Assembly: GCA_965208105.1 (NCBI GenBank) | Contig: OZ242318.1 | Location: 2,752,001-2,816,000 of the forward strand | DNA: 64,000 nucleotides | Direction: 5' to 3' | Source: Candidatus Latescibacterota bacterium | Lineage (GTDB): Bacteria; Latescibacterota; UBA2968; UBA8231 | Shown here: positions 42,044 through 52,540 of the stretch, piece by piece | Layout: each line of letters begins with the position of its first letter | Position numbering within the stretch: position 1 is the first letter of the stretch | The notes under the pieces: generated by a model | Database searches by the model: none | Told to the model about the DNA's origin: nothing | Seen by the model: only the letters and a program-made list of their open reading frames with translations | Translations under genes and position numbers: made by a program

Positions 42044-42877
42044 TCACTCTCTGGAGCGCTTGGGCGGAGTGGCCGAGACTCCCGCCAATCCGCCGCTGAC
42101 CGCAAGCACCTCTCCCGTGATCCAGGAGGCGTCCGCGCTGCAAAGAAAGGCGACCCCCCGGGCTATGTCAAAGGGCTCCCCCCAGCGTCCCAGAGGAATG
42201 GCGCCTCGAATGCGCTCGACCATTTCCTCCTCGGTGATATCGAGACTCTTGCAGCGCTGGGCCATGTTGCGGCGATTGAACTCGGTGTAGACCGGTCCCG
42301 GGCACAGGGCGTTGACGCGTATCCCATATGCAGCCAACTCCAGGGCCAGGGTGCGGGTCAGGCTGATGATGCCGGCTTTGGCCACGTTGTAGGCGGCAAC
42401 CAGGGCGGCGGGATTCTGGCCGTTGATAGATGAAATGTTGACGATTCTCCCCGATTCCTGCTCTTCCATAATGCGGCCGGCAGCGCGGCAACAGTAAAAA
42501 GCCCCGGTCAAGGTCGAGTCGAGCACGCGCGCCCATTCACCGTCGTCCAACTCGACGATAGGGCTCACCTGCTGGCCCACGCCGGCATTGTTGACCAGGA
42601 TATCGAGGCGATGGCAGGCTTCGACTATCCTCGAGAAGCAATTCTCCACCGCGGCGCTGTCGGTGACGTCCAGGTGAATAGCATGCACCTTCAGGTTCTG
42701 TCCCTGGAGTTTTTCGGCTTCAGACTGCGCTTTTTCCAGTTGTATATCGGCTATCCACACCTCGGCACCTTTGCGGGCCAGTTGTTCGACCATGGCCAGG
42801 CCCAGCCCCTGGGCGGCACCAGTAACCACTGCCACATCGCCGTCAAGTTGCAGGGCGGAAATCGGGTCTTCGCTCAT
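42044..42877 (-). CDS. SDR family oxidoreductase (FabG-like)
   Basis: TGAAQGLG, NNAG, YNVAK. Confidence 0.93.
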   Translation of the reverse strand: MSEDPISALQLDGDVAVVTGAAQGLGLAMVEQLARKGAEVWIADIQLEKAQSEAEKLQGQNLKVHAIHLDVTDSAAVENCFSRIVEACHRLDILVNNAGVGQQVSPIVELDDGEWARVLDSTLTGAFYCCRAAGRIMEEQESGRIVNISSINGQNPAALVAAYNVAKAGIISLTRTLALELAAYGIRVNALCPGPVYTEFNRRNMAQRCKSLDITEEEMVERIRGAIPLGRWGEPFDIARGVAFLCSADASWITGEVLAVSGGLAGVSATPPKRSRE

Positions 42878-42980
42878 GCGGCGGCTCCTGTTGGGCTTGT
42901 TCGAGGATGAAAATCCTCCGATAGTATATCAATCCACCTTGGAGGACTCAATGTACGGCGCAGGAGAAAGAGGGGCGATT

Positions 42981-43730
42981 ATGAAATTGGAATTCAATCC
43001 CGGAAGGGACAGCGTAGTCGTTCTTCTCAAAGGAGGGCGACTGCCGAGTTGGGGAAAGTTGAGCGAAAAGGAACGCCGGACTTCCTCGCATGAACACGTG
43101 GACCTGATGCTCGGTATCGGCAAGGAATTCGGGCTGATGCGCCTGGAGGGCTTCAAGCTGATCGGACCGCAGGGGGACTGGGAGCGTTTCTGGCTGATCG
43201 AATTTCCCTCACTGGAAGGCGCCGAAGCCTGGATCGAGGCAGAAATGGCGCCTTCCTACGGCCTCTACGGCTACTACGAGTATTTTCTATCGCGACGGTG
43301 CGCGATAGATTCAATCTCGACCATGCCCGCGCAGCCCTCAACCCCCGGAGTCGTTTCGCCCCGCCCGAATCCCGCCAATATCCCCGAGCTTGCCGAGGAC
43401 CGCAGCAGCGTTGTAGTCCTGCTGTTTGAACGCTGGCGTCCAGGTGCCGAGGCAGTGCCACCCGGGGAGCGCGGCGAGGACGCGCACCTTGAACTGATGA
43501 GTTCCCTTGCCGGGGAACAAAGCCTCATGCGGCTGAATGCCTTTCAACTGATCGACCGCCAGAACACATGGCATCGCGTCGTGGTTGCGGAGTTTCACAC
43601 CTTCACCGCGGCCGAAATCTTCATCAATGCCGCGATGGACCTGCCGCGCAGCCTGTATGCTTCAACGACCTTTTACCTGGCACGCAGGTGGGCCCCGGAA
43701 TACTTTGCCTCCTGGGTATCTCCCCGCTGA
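42981..43730 (+). CDS. Hypothetical protein with two tandem ferredoxin-like (dimeric alpha+beta barrel-like) repeats
   Basis: Internal duplication SVVVLL...H..LM......LMRL..F.LI..Q..W.R....EF.....AE..I.A.M......Y.....L.RR; GAGG before ATG. Confidence 0.7.
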   Translation: MKLEFNPGRDSVVVLLKGGRLPSWGKLSEKERRTSSHEHVDLMLGIGKEFGLMRLEGFKLIGPQGDWERFWLIEFPSLEGAEAWIEAEMAPSYGLYGYYEYFLSRRCAIDSISTMPAQPSTPGVVSPRPNPANIPELAEDRSSVVVLLFERWRPGAEAVPPGERGEDAHLELMSSLAGEQSLMRLNAFQLIDRQNTWHRVVVAEFHTFTAAEIFINAAMDLPRSLYASTTFYLARRWAPEYFASWVSPR

Positions 43731-43736
43731 TCTGCC

Positions 43737-43794
43737 CTGGTGTCCCGTCGCAGAGACAGGTTGACGTAATTGGGCCACCGATCCATCCCGGCTC
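43737..43794 (+). mobile_element. Truncated copy (one end) of the MITE-like structured repeat
   Basis: 33/40 identity to the left end of 50298-50465, followed by CCGATCCATCCCGGCTC, the start of the shared core. Confidence 0.65.
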
Positions 43795-43910
43795 TCAAGA
43801 GAACGGCAAGGACCATGGCAATTGATTTGAACGGTTGGTGCCACCCGGGCCGGATTCCCTGATTGACAGGCTTCTTGACGATGGGTCGCGGTTCGACGTT
43901 ATTTCCCACC

Positions 43911-44672
43911 ATGTCGAAAGGCGGTAGAGTAACCCTGCTGATCGTCCCCGAAGAGGGGGGCAAGACCTTCGAGCTTAAAATACCACGGATTATGGTTGGA
44001 CTCGGGGGAATAATCACCCTGGCGGTGCTGGTGATTATTGTAGCTGGAATCGGAGCCTTTTTCAAATCCCGCCAACTCGGAAACACCCTTGCCGGCATGC
44101 GAGATGAATATGCTCAAATCGAGCACAAGTTCGACCGGATCGAGCAGCTGGAGCAGGTCCTTTCGCGCCTCCAGAAAAGCAATCGGCAACTGCGCGCCAT
44201 TCTCGGGGAATCGGCAAACTCGGGAATTTCCGAAGATCCCCCGGGAGGCTCAAGCGACGAGTCGTCCTATGTGTCCTCGGTGGAACGGTTGCGGTTGGGC
44301 CACATCCATTCCGTGCCCAGTTTATGGCCGGGAAGGGGCGTAGTAACACGCAACTTCAGCAGGGAGTCCCCCGGTGTCGTCATAGCTGTCCCGTTGCGCA
44401 GTCCGATCAGGGCAAGCGCAGCCGGGCAGGTGGTAACAAGCAAGTTCGACAAAAAACTTGGCTACGTAGTGGAGCTGGACCACGGCAGTGGAATTGTCAG
44501 CCAGTACGGATATAACAGCCATCTCCTGGTAGCCCGGGGCGATTATGTTCAGAAAGGCCAGGTCGTTGCCTTGTCCGGCAATTCAGGCGAGGCCTCGTCC
44601 CCTGCTCTCTATTTCAATGTCCGAGAGAATGGCCAATCCAGAGACCCCCTTCTCTACCGCCTGTGGCTCTGA
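43911..44672 (+). CDS. M23/LytM-domain protein with TM anchor and coiled coil; catalytic residues degenerate
   Basis: PSLWP.RG.VT..F, ASAAGQV, VELDHG.G..SQYG, VQKGQVVALSGNSG; HxxxD and HxH are replaced. Confidence 0.82.
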   Translation: MSKGGRVTLLIVPEEGGKTFELKIPRIMVGLGGIITLAVLVIIVAGIGAFFKSRQLGNTLAGMRDEYAQIEHKFDRIEQLEQVLSRLQKSNRQLRAILGESANSGISEDPPGGSSDESSYVSSVERLRLGHIHSVPSLWPGRGVVTRNFSRESPGVVIAVPLRSPIRASAAGQVVTSKFDKKLGYVVELDHGSGIVSQYGYNSHLLVARGDYVQKGQVVALSGNSGEASSPALYFNVRENGQSRDPLLYRLWL

Positions 44673-44754
44673 TGAACGGCCGCGGCACTGGGAAAATACT
44701 GAGGTTCGACCTACTGCGATAGATTTATTCAGGACTGCACCTTCCGGTCCCATT

Positions 44755-44795
44755 AAAAAGGACTCCCCTCGAGAAGTCGAGGGGAGTCCTTTTTT
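44755..44795. terminator. Bidirectional Rho-independent terminator (M23 gene / groEL)
   Basis: AAAAAGGACTCCCCTCGA-gaag-TCGAGGGGAGTCCTTTTT perfect hairpin with A and T tails. Confidence 0.9.
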
Positions 44796-44818
44796 GACGA
44801 TCAACGGGATGAAAACAA

Positions 44819-46468
<1,650 letters not shown>

Positions 46469-46519
46469 TTAAAGGTTGGAAAGGTCGAACAAAAGCACTT
46501 ACCAGGTAGATCCGGCTCA

Positions 46520-46546
46520 TTGGCACTCTCTTTAAGAGAGTGCCAA
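46520..46546. promoter_or_regulatory. CIRCE element (HrcA operator)
   Basis: TTGGCACTC-N9-GAGTGCCAA upstream of groEL (consensus TTAGCACTC-N9-GAGTGCTAA). Confidence 0.9.
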
Positions 46547-46566
46547 ATTTAATTGCTGAGCTTTTT

Positions 46567-46595
46567 AATATACGGACGACCCCAATTTTGCGCAA
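46567..46595 (-). promoter_or_regulatory. Putative sigma70 promoter of groEL
   Basis: Minus-strand TTGCGC-17bp-TATATT, 20 bp upstream of the CIRCE. Confidence 0.55.
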
Positions 46596-47283
46596 GCTCA
46601 CAGCTTTTACCTGCCGTCTGGAACTGATGCTCTATGCCGAGGCCTGGGAGCGGCAAAAAACCCTGCATAACCTGCGCCGGCAGGGGATTGTACCCGACTT
46701 TCTGCTTACCGTGGAACATCCTCATACCTATACCTGCGGCCGCACTACCCGGTCGGATCACATGGGGTCCGATGGGGGGTCCCTGGAGCCAGGCGCTGCA
46801 GAGGTGTTCAGTATAGAAAGAGGGGGCAGTGTCACCTACCATGGACCGGGGCAGCTCGTGGGATATCCGATAATCGACTTGCGCCGGAGAGGACGGGACG
46901 TGCATCGATACGTTCGAGAGCTGGAAAAAGTGCTGATCCTCACCCTGGCCGGCTTTGGCCTCGAGGCACGACGGCGGCCTGGTCTGACGGGGGTTTGGGT
47001 CGAAAGGAGAAAAATTGCCGCCATTGGCATCTATGTTCGACAGTGGATTACCATGCACGGATTCGCCCTGAACGTCTGCCCCGACCTGGGCTACTTTCGC
47101 AAAGTTGCTCCCTGTGGCCTCGACGGCAACTCCATCACCTCCATGGCGGAGCTGCTGTCCCACCCCCCGGTGTTGAGGGAGGTCGAAGAGGAGATGAAAC
47201 ATCAGTTCGCCGCCGTATTCGGATGGGAGTTGGAGGAGGTTAGCCTGGAGGCCCTGCTTGCCAGATCCGGGGAAAACCTTTAG
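46588..47283 (+). CDS. lipB: Lipoyl(octanoyl) transferase LipB
   Basis: EHPHTYTCG, RGGSVTYHGPGQLVGYP, KIAAIG, MHGFALN, PCG; TTG 46588 preferred over 46540, which lies inside the CIRCE. Confidence 0.93.
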   Translation: MRKLTAFTCRLELMLYAEAWERQKTLHNLRRQGIVPDFLLTVEHPHTYTCGRTTRSDHMGSDGGSLEPGAAEVFSIERGGSVTYHGPGQLVGYPIIDLRRRGRDVHRYVRELEKVLILTLAGFGLEARRRPGLTGVWVERRKIAAIGIYVRQWITMHGFALNVCPDLGYFRKVAPCGLDGNSITSMAELLSHPPVLREVEEEMKHQFAAVFGWELEEVSLEALLARSGENL

Positions 47284-47530
47284 ATTAAAACCCCTTGTTG
47301 AATAGAGAGTTAGGCGAAGATTTCCACTCCGTCTTTGCTGCGCGTCATCGGGCGGGATTCGTTGCCGCCTCAGGTGGTCCAGCGCCCATCATCGCATTGG
47401 AATTGCCCGGATTTTTCCCGTTGCGCAGCAGGCGCGACGGCTCTCGCCGGCCACCCGGGAATTCAGGGTACACCCGACCCTGGTTCAGGGACGGCAGATA
47501 CAGGCATTATTCCACCTTATAGATTGTAGA

Positions 47531-48793
47531 GTGAATATGGCCAGGTGGCAGCCCGAAGTTCCCCATGAAGGTCAGAAGATTTCCCTTGAAAAGGGCAGTC
47601 TCGTCGTTCCTCCTCGTCCGATCATTCCCTTTATCGAAGGTGACGGCACCGGACCCGACATCTGGGCGGCCGCTTCCCGGGTGATCGATGCGGCTGTGGA
47701 GAACGCCTATGAGGGGAAACGTGGAATATGCTGGATGGAAGTATTGGCCGGGGAAAAATCATTCGAGCAACTCGGCACCTGGCTTCCCGACGCCACGGTG
47801 GAAGCCTTTCGAGACTATCTGGTGGGGATCAAAGGACCTCTGACAACTCCGGTAGGAGGGGGCATTCGAAGTCTCAACGTAGCCCTGCGTCAGATCCTGG
47901 ACCTTTATGTTTGCCTGCGCCCGGTGCGCTACTTCAAGGGCGTACCCTCTCCTGTCCTCCACCCGGAAAGAGTGGACATGGTCATTTTCCGCGAAAACAC
48001 CGAAGACATTTACGCGGGAATTGAATTCGAGAACGGCAGCGAGGAGAACAGCCGGCTCAAAGCGCTTCTGAAAGAACACTTCCCTGACCGCTACGCCCGA
48101 ATCCGCTTCCCGGATTCAGCAGGCCTGGGGCTCAAGCCGGTTTCACAGGAAGGCACCAGCCGCCTGGTGCGGGCCGCGATCGACTACGCCATCGCCCGGA
48201 AGCGCGACAGCGTCACCCTGGTCCACAAGGGCAATATTATGAAGTTCACCGAGGGAAGTTTTTGCGAGTGGGGCTACGAGGTCGCTCGAAGCCAGTACGG
48301 GGGCGAAGAACTCGACGGCGGTCCATGGACCCGGATTCCGGCTCCCGGGGGGAAGGAGATCGTAGTCAAGGACGTAATCGCAGATGCATTTCTACAGCAG
48401 ATTCTAACGCGACCCGCGGAGTACTCGGTCATTGCCACCCTGAACCTCAACGGGGACTACACGAGTGACGCCCTTGCCGCCTGTGTGGGTGGTATAGGAA
48501 TTGCGCCGGGTGGAAACATCAACTACGACACGGGCCACGCCATCTTCGAAGCCACGCACGGCACCGCTCCCAAATACGCAGGCCAGGACAAGGTAAATCC
48601 CGGATCGGTGATTCTCTCAGGAGAGCTGATGCTGCGGCATCTCGGCTGGAACGAAGCAGCCGATTTGATCGTGGCCGGACTGGAGAGGACCATTTCCAAG
48701 AAGACGGTCACCTACGACTTCGCGCGCCTGATGAAGGGAGCCGAAGAAGTAAAATGCTCCGAATTCGCCACCGCGATCATCGGTCACATGTAA
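47531..48793 (+). CDS. icd: NADP-dependent isocitrate dehydrogenase
   Basis: [54 protein letters not shown]. Confidence 0.97.
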   Translation: MNMARWQPEVPHEGQKISLEKGSLVVPPRPIIPFIEGDGTGPDIWAAASRVIDAAVENAYEGKRGICWMEVLAGEKSFEQLGTWLPDATVEAFRDYLVGIKGPLTTPVGGGIRSLNVALRQILDLYVCLRPVRYFKGVPSPVLHPERVDMVIFRENTEDIYAGIEFENGSEENSRLKALLKEHFPDRYARIRFPDSAGLGLKPVSQEGTSRLVRAAIDYAIARKRDSVTLVHKGNIMKFTEGSFCEWGYEVARSQYGGEELDGGPWTRIPAPGGKEIVVKDVIADAFLQQILTRPAEYSVIATLNLNGDYTSDALAACVGGIGIAPGGNINYDTGHAIFEATHGTAPKYAGQDKVNPGSVILSGELMLRHLGWNEAADLIVAGLERTISKKTVTYDFARLMKGAEEVKCSEFATAIIGHM

Positions 48794-49278
48794 TGGCACA
48801 AGGGCTGACCCACCTCGACAAGGATGGTAGTCTGCGAATGGTAGATGTGAGCAGAAAGAAGATTTCCCATCGGCAGGCGTGGGCGAGGGGCGAAATCTGC
48901 ATGCAGCCCGAGACCTTGAAGTTGATCGTTGCCAACAAGACAGCCAAAGGAAACGCCCTGGAAGCCGCCCGACTGGCAGGCATTATGGCGGCAAAGCGCA
49001 CCGGAGACCTGATCCCATTGTGCCACCAACTGAATCTCACCGCGGTAGAGATCGAATTCGCGGTGGGCGCGGACCGGATCGAGGTGGAGGCACAGGCGCG
49101 CGTCGACGCCGGCACCGGAGTTGAGATGGAAGCATTGACTGCGGCGACTGTCGCCTTGCTCACCATTTACGACATGTGCAAGAAGGTCGACCGGGGGATG
49201 GTAATTTCCCGGGTGTGCCTGGTGGAGAAGCGGGGGGGAGCTAGTGGGACCTATGTAAGGGATGAGGGACAGGGATGA
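48793..49278 (+). CDS. moaC: Cyclic pyranopterin monophosphate synthase MoaC
   Basis: LTHLD, MVDVS, LIPLCH, TGVEMEAL, IYDMCK. Confidence 0.96.
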   Translation: MAQGLTHLDKDGSLRMVDVSRKKISHRQAWARGEICMQPETLKLIVANKTAKGNALEAARLAGIMAAKRTGDLIPLCHQLNLTAVEIEFAVGADRIEVEAQARVDAGTGVEMEALTAATVALLTIYDMCKKVDRGMVISRVCLVEKRGGASGTYVRDEGQG

Positions 49279-49357
49279 TTCCAGGACTCACTGCCCGGCC
49301 CCCGGGAAGCCAGGGCATTGTCCAGGTACTCCAGGCGAAGAAAAATTCAGGGTCTTG

Positions 49358-50284
49358 TCACGACCCCCGTGTCAACTTGCCCGAAAGCTTGAGAATGAGT
49401 GCTTTCTGGCTGTGCAGCCTGTTCTCCGCCTGCACGAAAATCAGCGACCGTGGATCGTCGAGCAGTTCGGCCTCGATCTCATATCCGTGGTGGGCGGGGA
49501 GGCAGTGCAGAATGCGGACGTCGAGCCCGTCGAGCAACTCTCTACTGAGCTGGTAGGGCAATAATTTCCGAAGGCGCCGCTCCTTCTCGGCAGCAAAATC
49601 CGGATCGTCAAAATACTCCATGTCCATCCAGGTGTCGGTGTATACTACATCGCAGGAATCCATCGCTGCGCGCAGGTCGGTCTCCGTCTTGTAGAGGCCC
49701 ATCCGGGAGGCTTCCTGGTAAAGGTCGGTATCGCGTGCGGCAGGATTGGTTTCGGGGGCGACTACGGTAATTTCCATACCCACCTTCAAAGCTGCGGCGA
49801 TGAGGGAGTTGCACACGTTATTGTGCACCCCGACATATGTCAATTTGACCCCGGTCAGGCGGCCAAATGCTTCCTTGATGGTTGTAATATCCGCCAGGGC
49901 CTGCATTGGATGGTATCGATCGCAGCAACCGTTCATCAGCGGCACCTGGGATGCCCGCGCCGCCCAAACCACGTCGGCGTGCTTCAACAGCCGCACCACG
50001 ATCAAATCGGCATAGGAAGAGATGACGCGGATCTCGTCGCCCAGGTCTGCCAGGCCGAAATTGGTAGCGCGCCAGTCCAGGTAGATCGCATGCCCTCCCA
50101 TCTGGGTCATCCCGATCTCGCCGGCGCAACGCGTGCGCGTCGAGGTCTTTTGAAAGAGCATGGCCAAGGTCTGACCGCGCATGGAATCGGCGCGGCTCCC
50201 CGGATCGTCCTTGAGACGCAAACCGAGCTCAATGGTTTCCTCTACATCTTCCGGGGAAAAATCTTTCAGCGTGACCAGGTGCAC
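49358..50284 (-). CDS. argF: Ornithine carbamoyltransferase
   Basis: FQKTSTRT, HPMQALAD, YTDTW, HCLP, QAENRLH; start GTG 50284 after GGAAGGAG (the ORF-track extension to 50404 runs through the repeat element). Confidence 0.9.
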   Translation of the reverse strand: MHLVTLKDFSPEDVEETIELGLRLKDDPGSRADSMRGQTLAMLFQKTSTRTRCAGEIGMTQMGGHAIYLDWRATNFGLADLGDEIRVISSYADLIVVRLLKHADVVWAARASQVPLMNGCCDRYHPMQALADITTIKEAFGRLTGVKLTYVGVHNNVCNSLIAAALKVGMEITVVAPETNPAARDTDLYQEASRMGLYKTETDLRAAMDSCDVVYTDTWMDMEYFDDPDFAAEKERRLRKLLPYQLSRELLDGLDVRILHCLPAHHGYEIEAELLDDPRSLIFVQAENRLHSQKALILKLSGKLTRGS

Positions 50285-50297
50285 CTGCTGTCTCCTT

Positions 50298-50465
50298 CCA
50301 GTGTCGCGTCGCAGAGATAGGTTGACGAAATCAGGCCGCCGAGGGGACAGGCTCACAAGGCGCCTGAGCGAGTCGTACCGGTGGTGTACGACGAGTGAAG
50401 GCAACGCCGTGAGCCGGAATGGATCGGCGGAATAGTGGCGACATATTTCTGCGACGGGACACTAA
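50298..50465 (-). mobile_element. MITE-like structured repeat, copy 2 (between nrnA and argF)
   Basis: Imperfect ~20-bp terminal inverted repeats TAGTGTCCCGTCGCAGAAATA / TATCTCTGCGACGCGACACTG; shared 68-bp core; begins at the nrnA TAG stop. Confidence 0.8.
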
Positions 50466-51418
50466 TTCAAGGCTTTCCCAACCTCGTCCAGCAACACTTT
50501 CAAGGCGCTTTCCCGCGGTCCCTTCAAAGAGCAGCCCGATGCCTTGACATGACCTCCTCCGCCCAACCGGACCGCGATTCTGCCGACGTCCACTTGATTC
50601 CGGGAGCGCAAGCTGACGCGATAGTTCCCGGGACTCACTTCCCGCAGGAGCAGGGCTACCTCGACGCTGCGGATCATAAGGCCGTAGTTGACGATGTCCT
50701 GGGCGCTGCCTTCGCGCAGGTCCGCATGGGCCAGATGTAAAACGGCGGCCTTGCCGTTGCAGTGCAGTTCCAGCGAGTCCAGGGCCTTGCCGATCAATTT
50801 GACCGACGCAACGCTCTTGTTGTTGAAAAGTTGATCGGCGATGTAGTCCAGCCGGGCGCCGCGTCGCACCAGTTCGGCGGCCACCTCGAACGTGGTGGGG
50901 GTGGCGAGCGAGTAGCGGAAGCCGCCCGTATCGAAGAGGATTCCCACATAGAGTTGGGCGGCCATGGCAGCGTCGATTTCGCGCCCACTGGCGACTACCA
51001 GGTGGTAGACGAACTCGCATGCGGAGCTGACCTCGGTGGACATCAGGTTGACCTCGCCAAAAGCCAGGGCGTCTTCGTGGTGATCTATGTTGAGGATCCG
51101 GGTAGCCTCGTTCATGTGCCTGCGGACATCTCCAATGCGCTCCAGGCTGGGGCAGTCGAGGACGATGGCGTAGTCCACCTTGGCCAGGCCCACCTCTTCG
51201 ACCGTCAGTAGATGTTCCGCGCCATCGAGGAAGCAATGGAATTCCACCGGCAAATTGTGGACCAGGACGAAGGAATTCTTCCCGATCTTCTCCAGCAGCA
51301 GTTTCAGGGCGATACAGCTCCCCAGTCCATCCCAATCGCTGTCGACATGCGAGGTGATAAGGAAGTTATCCCCTTCTTCGAGGAAGTCCAAAGCGGCTTG
51401 TAGGTCGGGCAATCCCAA
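50462..51418 (-). CDS. nrnA: DHH/DHHA1 phosphoesterase (NrnA oligoribonuclease/pAp phosphatase)
   Basis: SHVDSDWDG, VLDC, NIDHH, GILFDTGGF, GGGGH. Confidence 0.9.
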   Translation of the reverse strand: MGLPDLQAALDFLEEGDNFLITSHVDSDWDGLGSCIALKLLLEKIGKNSFVLVHNLPVEFHCFLDGAEHLLTVEEVGLAKVDYAIVLDCPSLERIGDVRRHMNEATRILNIDHHEDALAFGEVNLMSTEVSSACEFVYHLVVASGREIDAAMAAQLYVGILFDTGGFRYSLATPTTFEVAAELVRRGARLDYIADQLFNNKSVASVKLIGKALDSLELHCNGKAAVLHLAHADLREGSAQDIVNYGLMIRSVEVALLLREVSPGNYRVSLRSRNQVDVGRIAVRLGGGGHVKASGCSLKGPRESALKVLLDEVGKALN

Positions 51419-51484
51419 GGAAATATCCGGGTTGAAAATTAAGGTACGGTCCGGGAAGTGACCGCCGACTGCGGTATTCGAATT

Positions 51485-52246
51485 CTATGGGCGGTGAAGA
51501 ACGAAGTGGATGCGATCTGACCGTTCAGATCCGCTCTTGAAAGTGAAACCGGAAAAGGCGCCGCGCAAGTCAAATGGGCTGTCCTCGATTTGTGCAATGA
51601 TCTGCTTCAGCGGATAGATGCGCTGGGTGTGGATTTCTTCCCACTCCCCCTCTCGATCCTCGAACCGGATTCGGAAGTGATTCATCTGCAATTGCCCGCT
51701 GCGGTCGTAGTAACTGTGGCGGCTGTAAGTAAATCCAGGCCCCACTTCCGTGTCCCGCACCGCGTTGAAATAGCGCAGTGAATTCTGCTCGGTACAGACA
51801 TCAAAGATCAACAGGCCATCCGGGCTCAGGATGGAGTGAATCTGGTCCAGGGCCTGTCGAATCTCGGCCAAGGTGAGAAGGTAATTGAAGCTGTCGTATA
51901 TACAAACCGCCGCATCGAAAGTCTCCCCCAGGTCGTCGAGACGGCGAAGGTCGCCTTGCAAAAAGTCGATATCGGCTCCGGCTTGCCTGCTTTTTTCCCG
52001 ACCTACCTGGAGCATGGAAGCCGAGCGATCCACCCCGGAAACCACATAGCCCAATGATCGAAGTTCCAATGCGATATTGCCCGTGCCGCAAGCCAGGTCA
52101 ACCAGGTTGCGCGGGCGATATTCAAACCGCTGTAAGATGGCATGGATGTAGGCAGCCCACTTGTCGTACTCCACGTGCCGCATGACATAGTCGTAGATCT
52201 GCGCCAGGGCATGGTAAGGTTGGTGCCTGGTGGTATGTGCAGGCAT
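51485..52246 (-). CDS. Class I SAM-dependent methyltransferase
   Basis: VDLACGTG, GVDRS..ML, DSFNYL, GLLIFD. Confidence 0.9.
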   Translation of the reverse strand: MPAHTTRHQPYHALAQIYDYVMRHVEYDKWAAYIHAILQRFEYRPRNLVDLACGTGNIALELRSLGYVVSGVDRSASMLQVGREKSRQAGADIDFLQGDLRRLDDLGETFDAAVCIYDSFNYLLTLAEIRQALDQIHSILSPDGLLIFDVCTEQNSLRYFNAVRDTEVGPGFTYSRHSYYDRSGQLQMNHFRIRFEDREGEWEEIHTQRIYPLKQIIAQIEDSPFDLRGAFSGFTFKSGSERSDRIHFVLHRP

Positions 52247-52255
52247 TCGAACTTC

Positions 52256-52540
52256 CTAAAAGCTGAGATCTTCACTGGGATCGCGATCCTCTCGGCGAAG
52301 GATGCTGAAATAGTGTTGGCGCTGGTTTTTGGGAAGCGGGACCTGGGGGATGTTCAACACCTCTACTTCCAGGAAGCAGGTGTCAAGCTCAAGGCTGACG
52401 ATTTCCCCTGCCCGGATCTCTCTTCCAGGCTTGGCCGGCACCCCGTCCACCTGAACCTTACTCGACTGGCATGCACGCCTGGCATCGCTGCGCTTCTTGA
52501 TCAACCCTGAATTCTTCAGGAAAAGATCAAGGCGCGCCAT
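52256..52540 (-). CDS. S4-domain RNA-binding protein (Hsp15/RqcP-like)
   Basis: RLDLFLKNSGLIKKRSDA...VDG..AKP. Confidence 0.88.
   Translation of the reverse strand: MARLDLFLKNSGLIKKRSDARRACQSSKVQVDGVPAKPGREIRAGEIVSLELDTCFLEVEVLNIPQVPLPKNQRQHYFSILRREDRDPSEDLSF

Noticed and set aside
50285-50404. Apparent 40-aa N-terminal extension of ArgF
   Set aside because: It is the repeat element read in frame; a strong RBS and GTG at 50284 mark the likely start.
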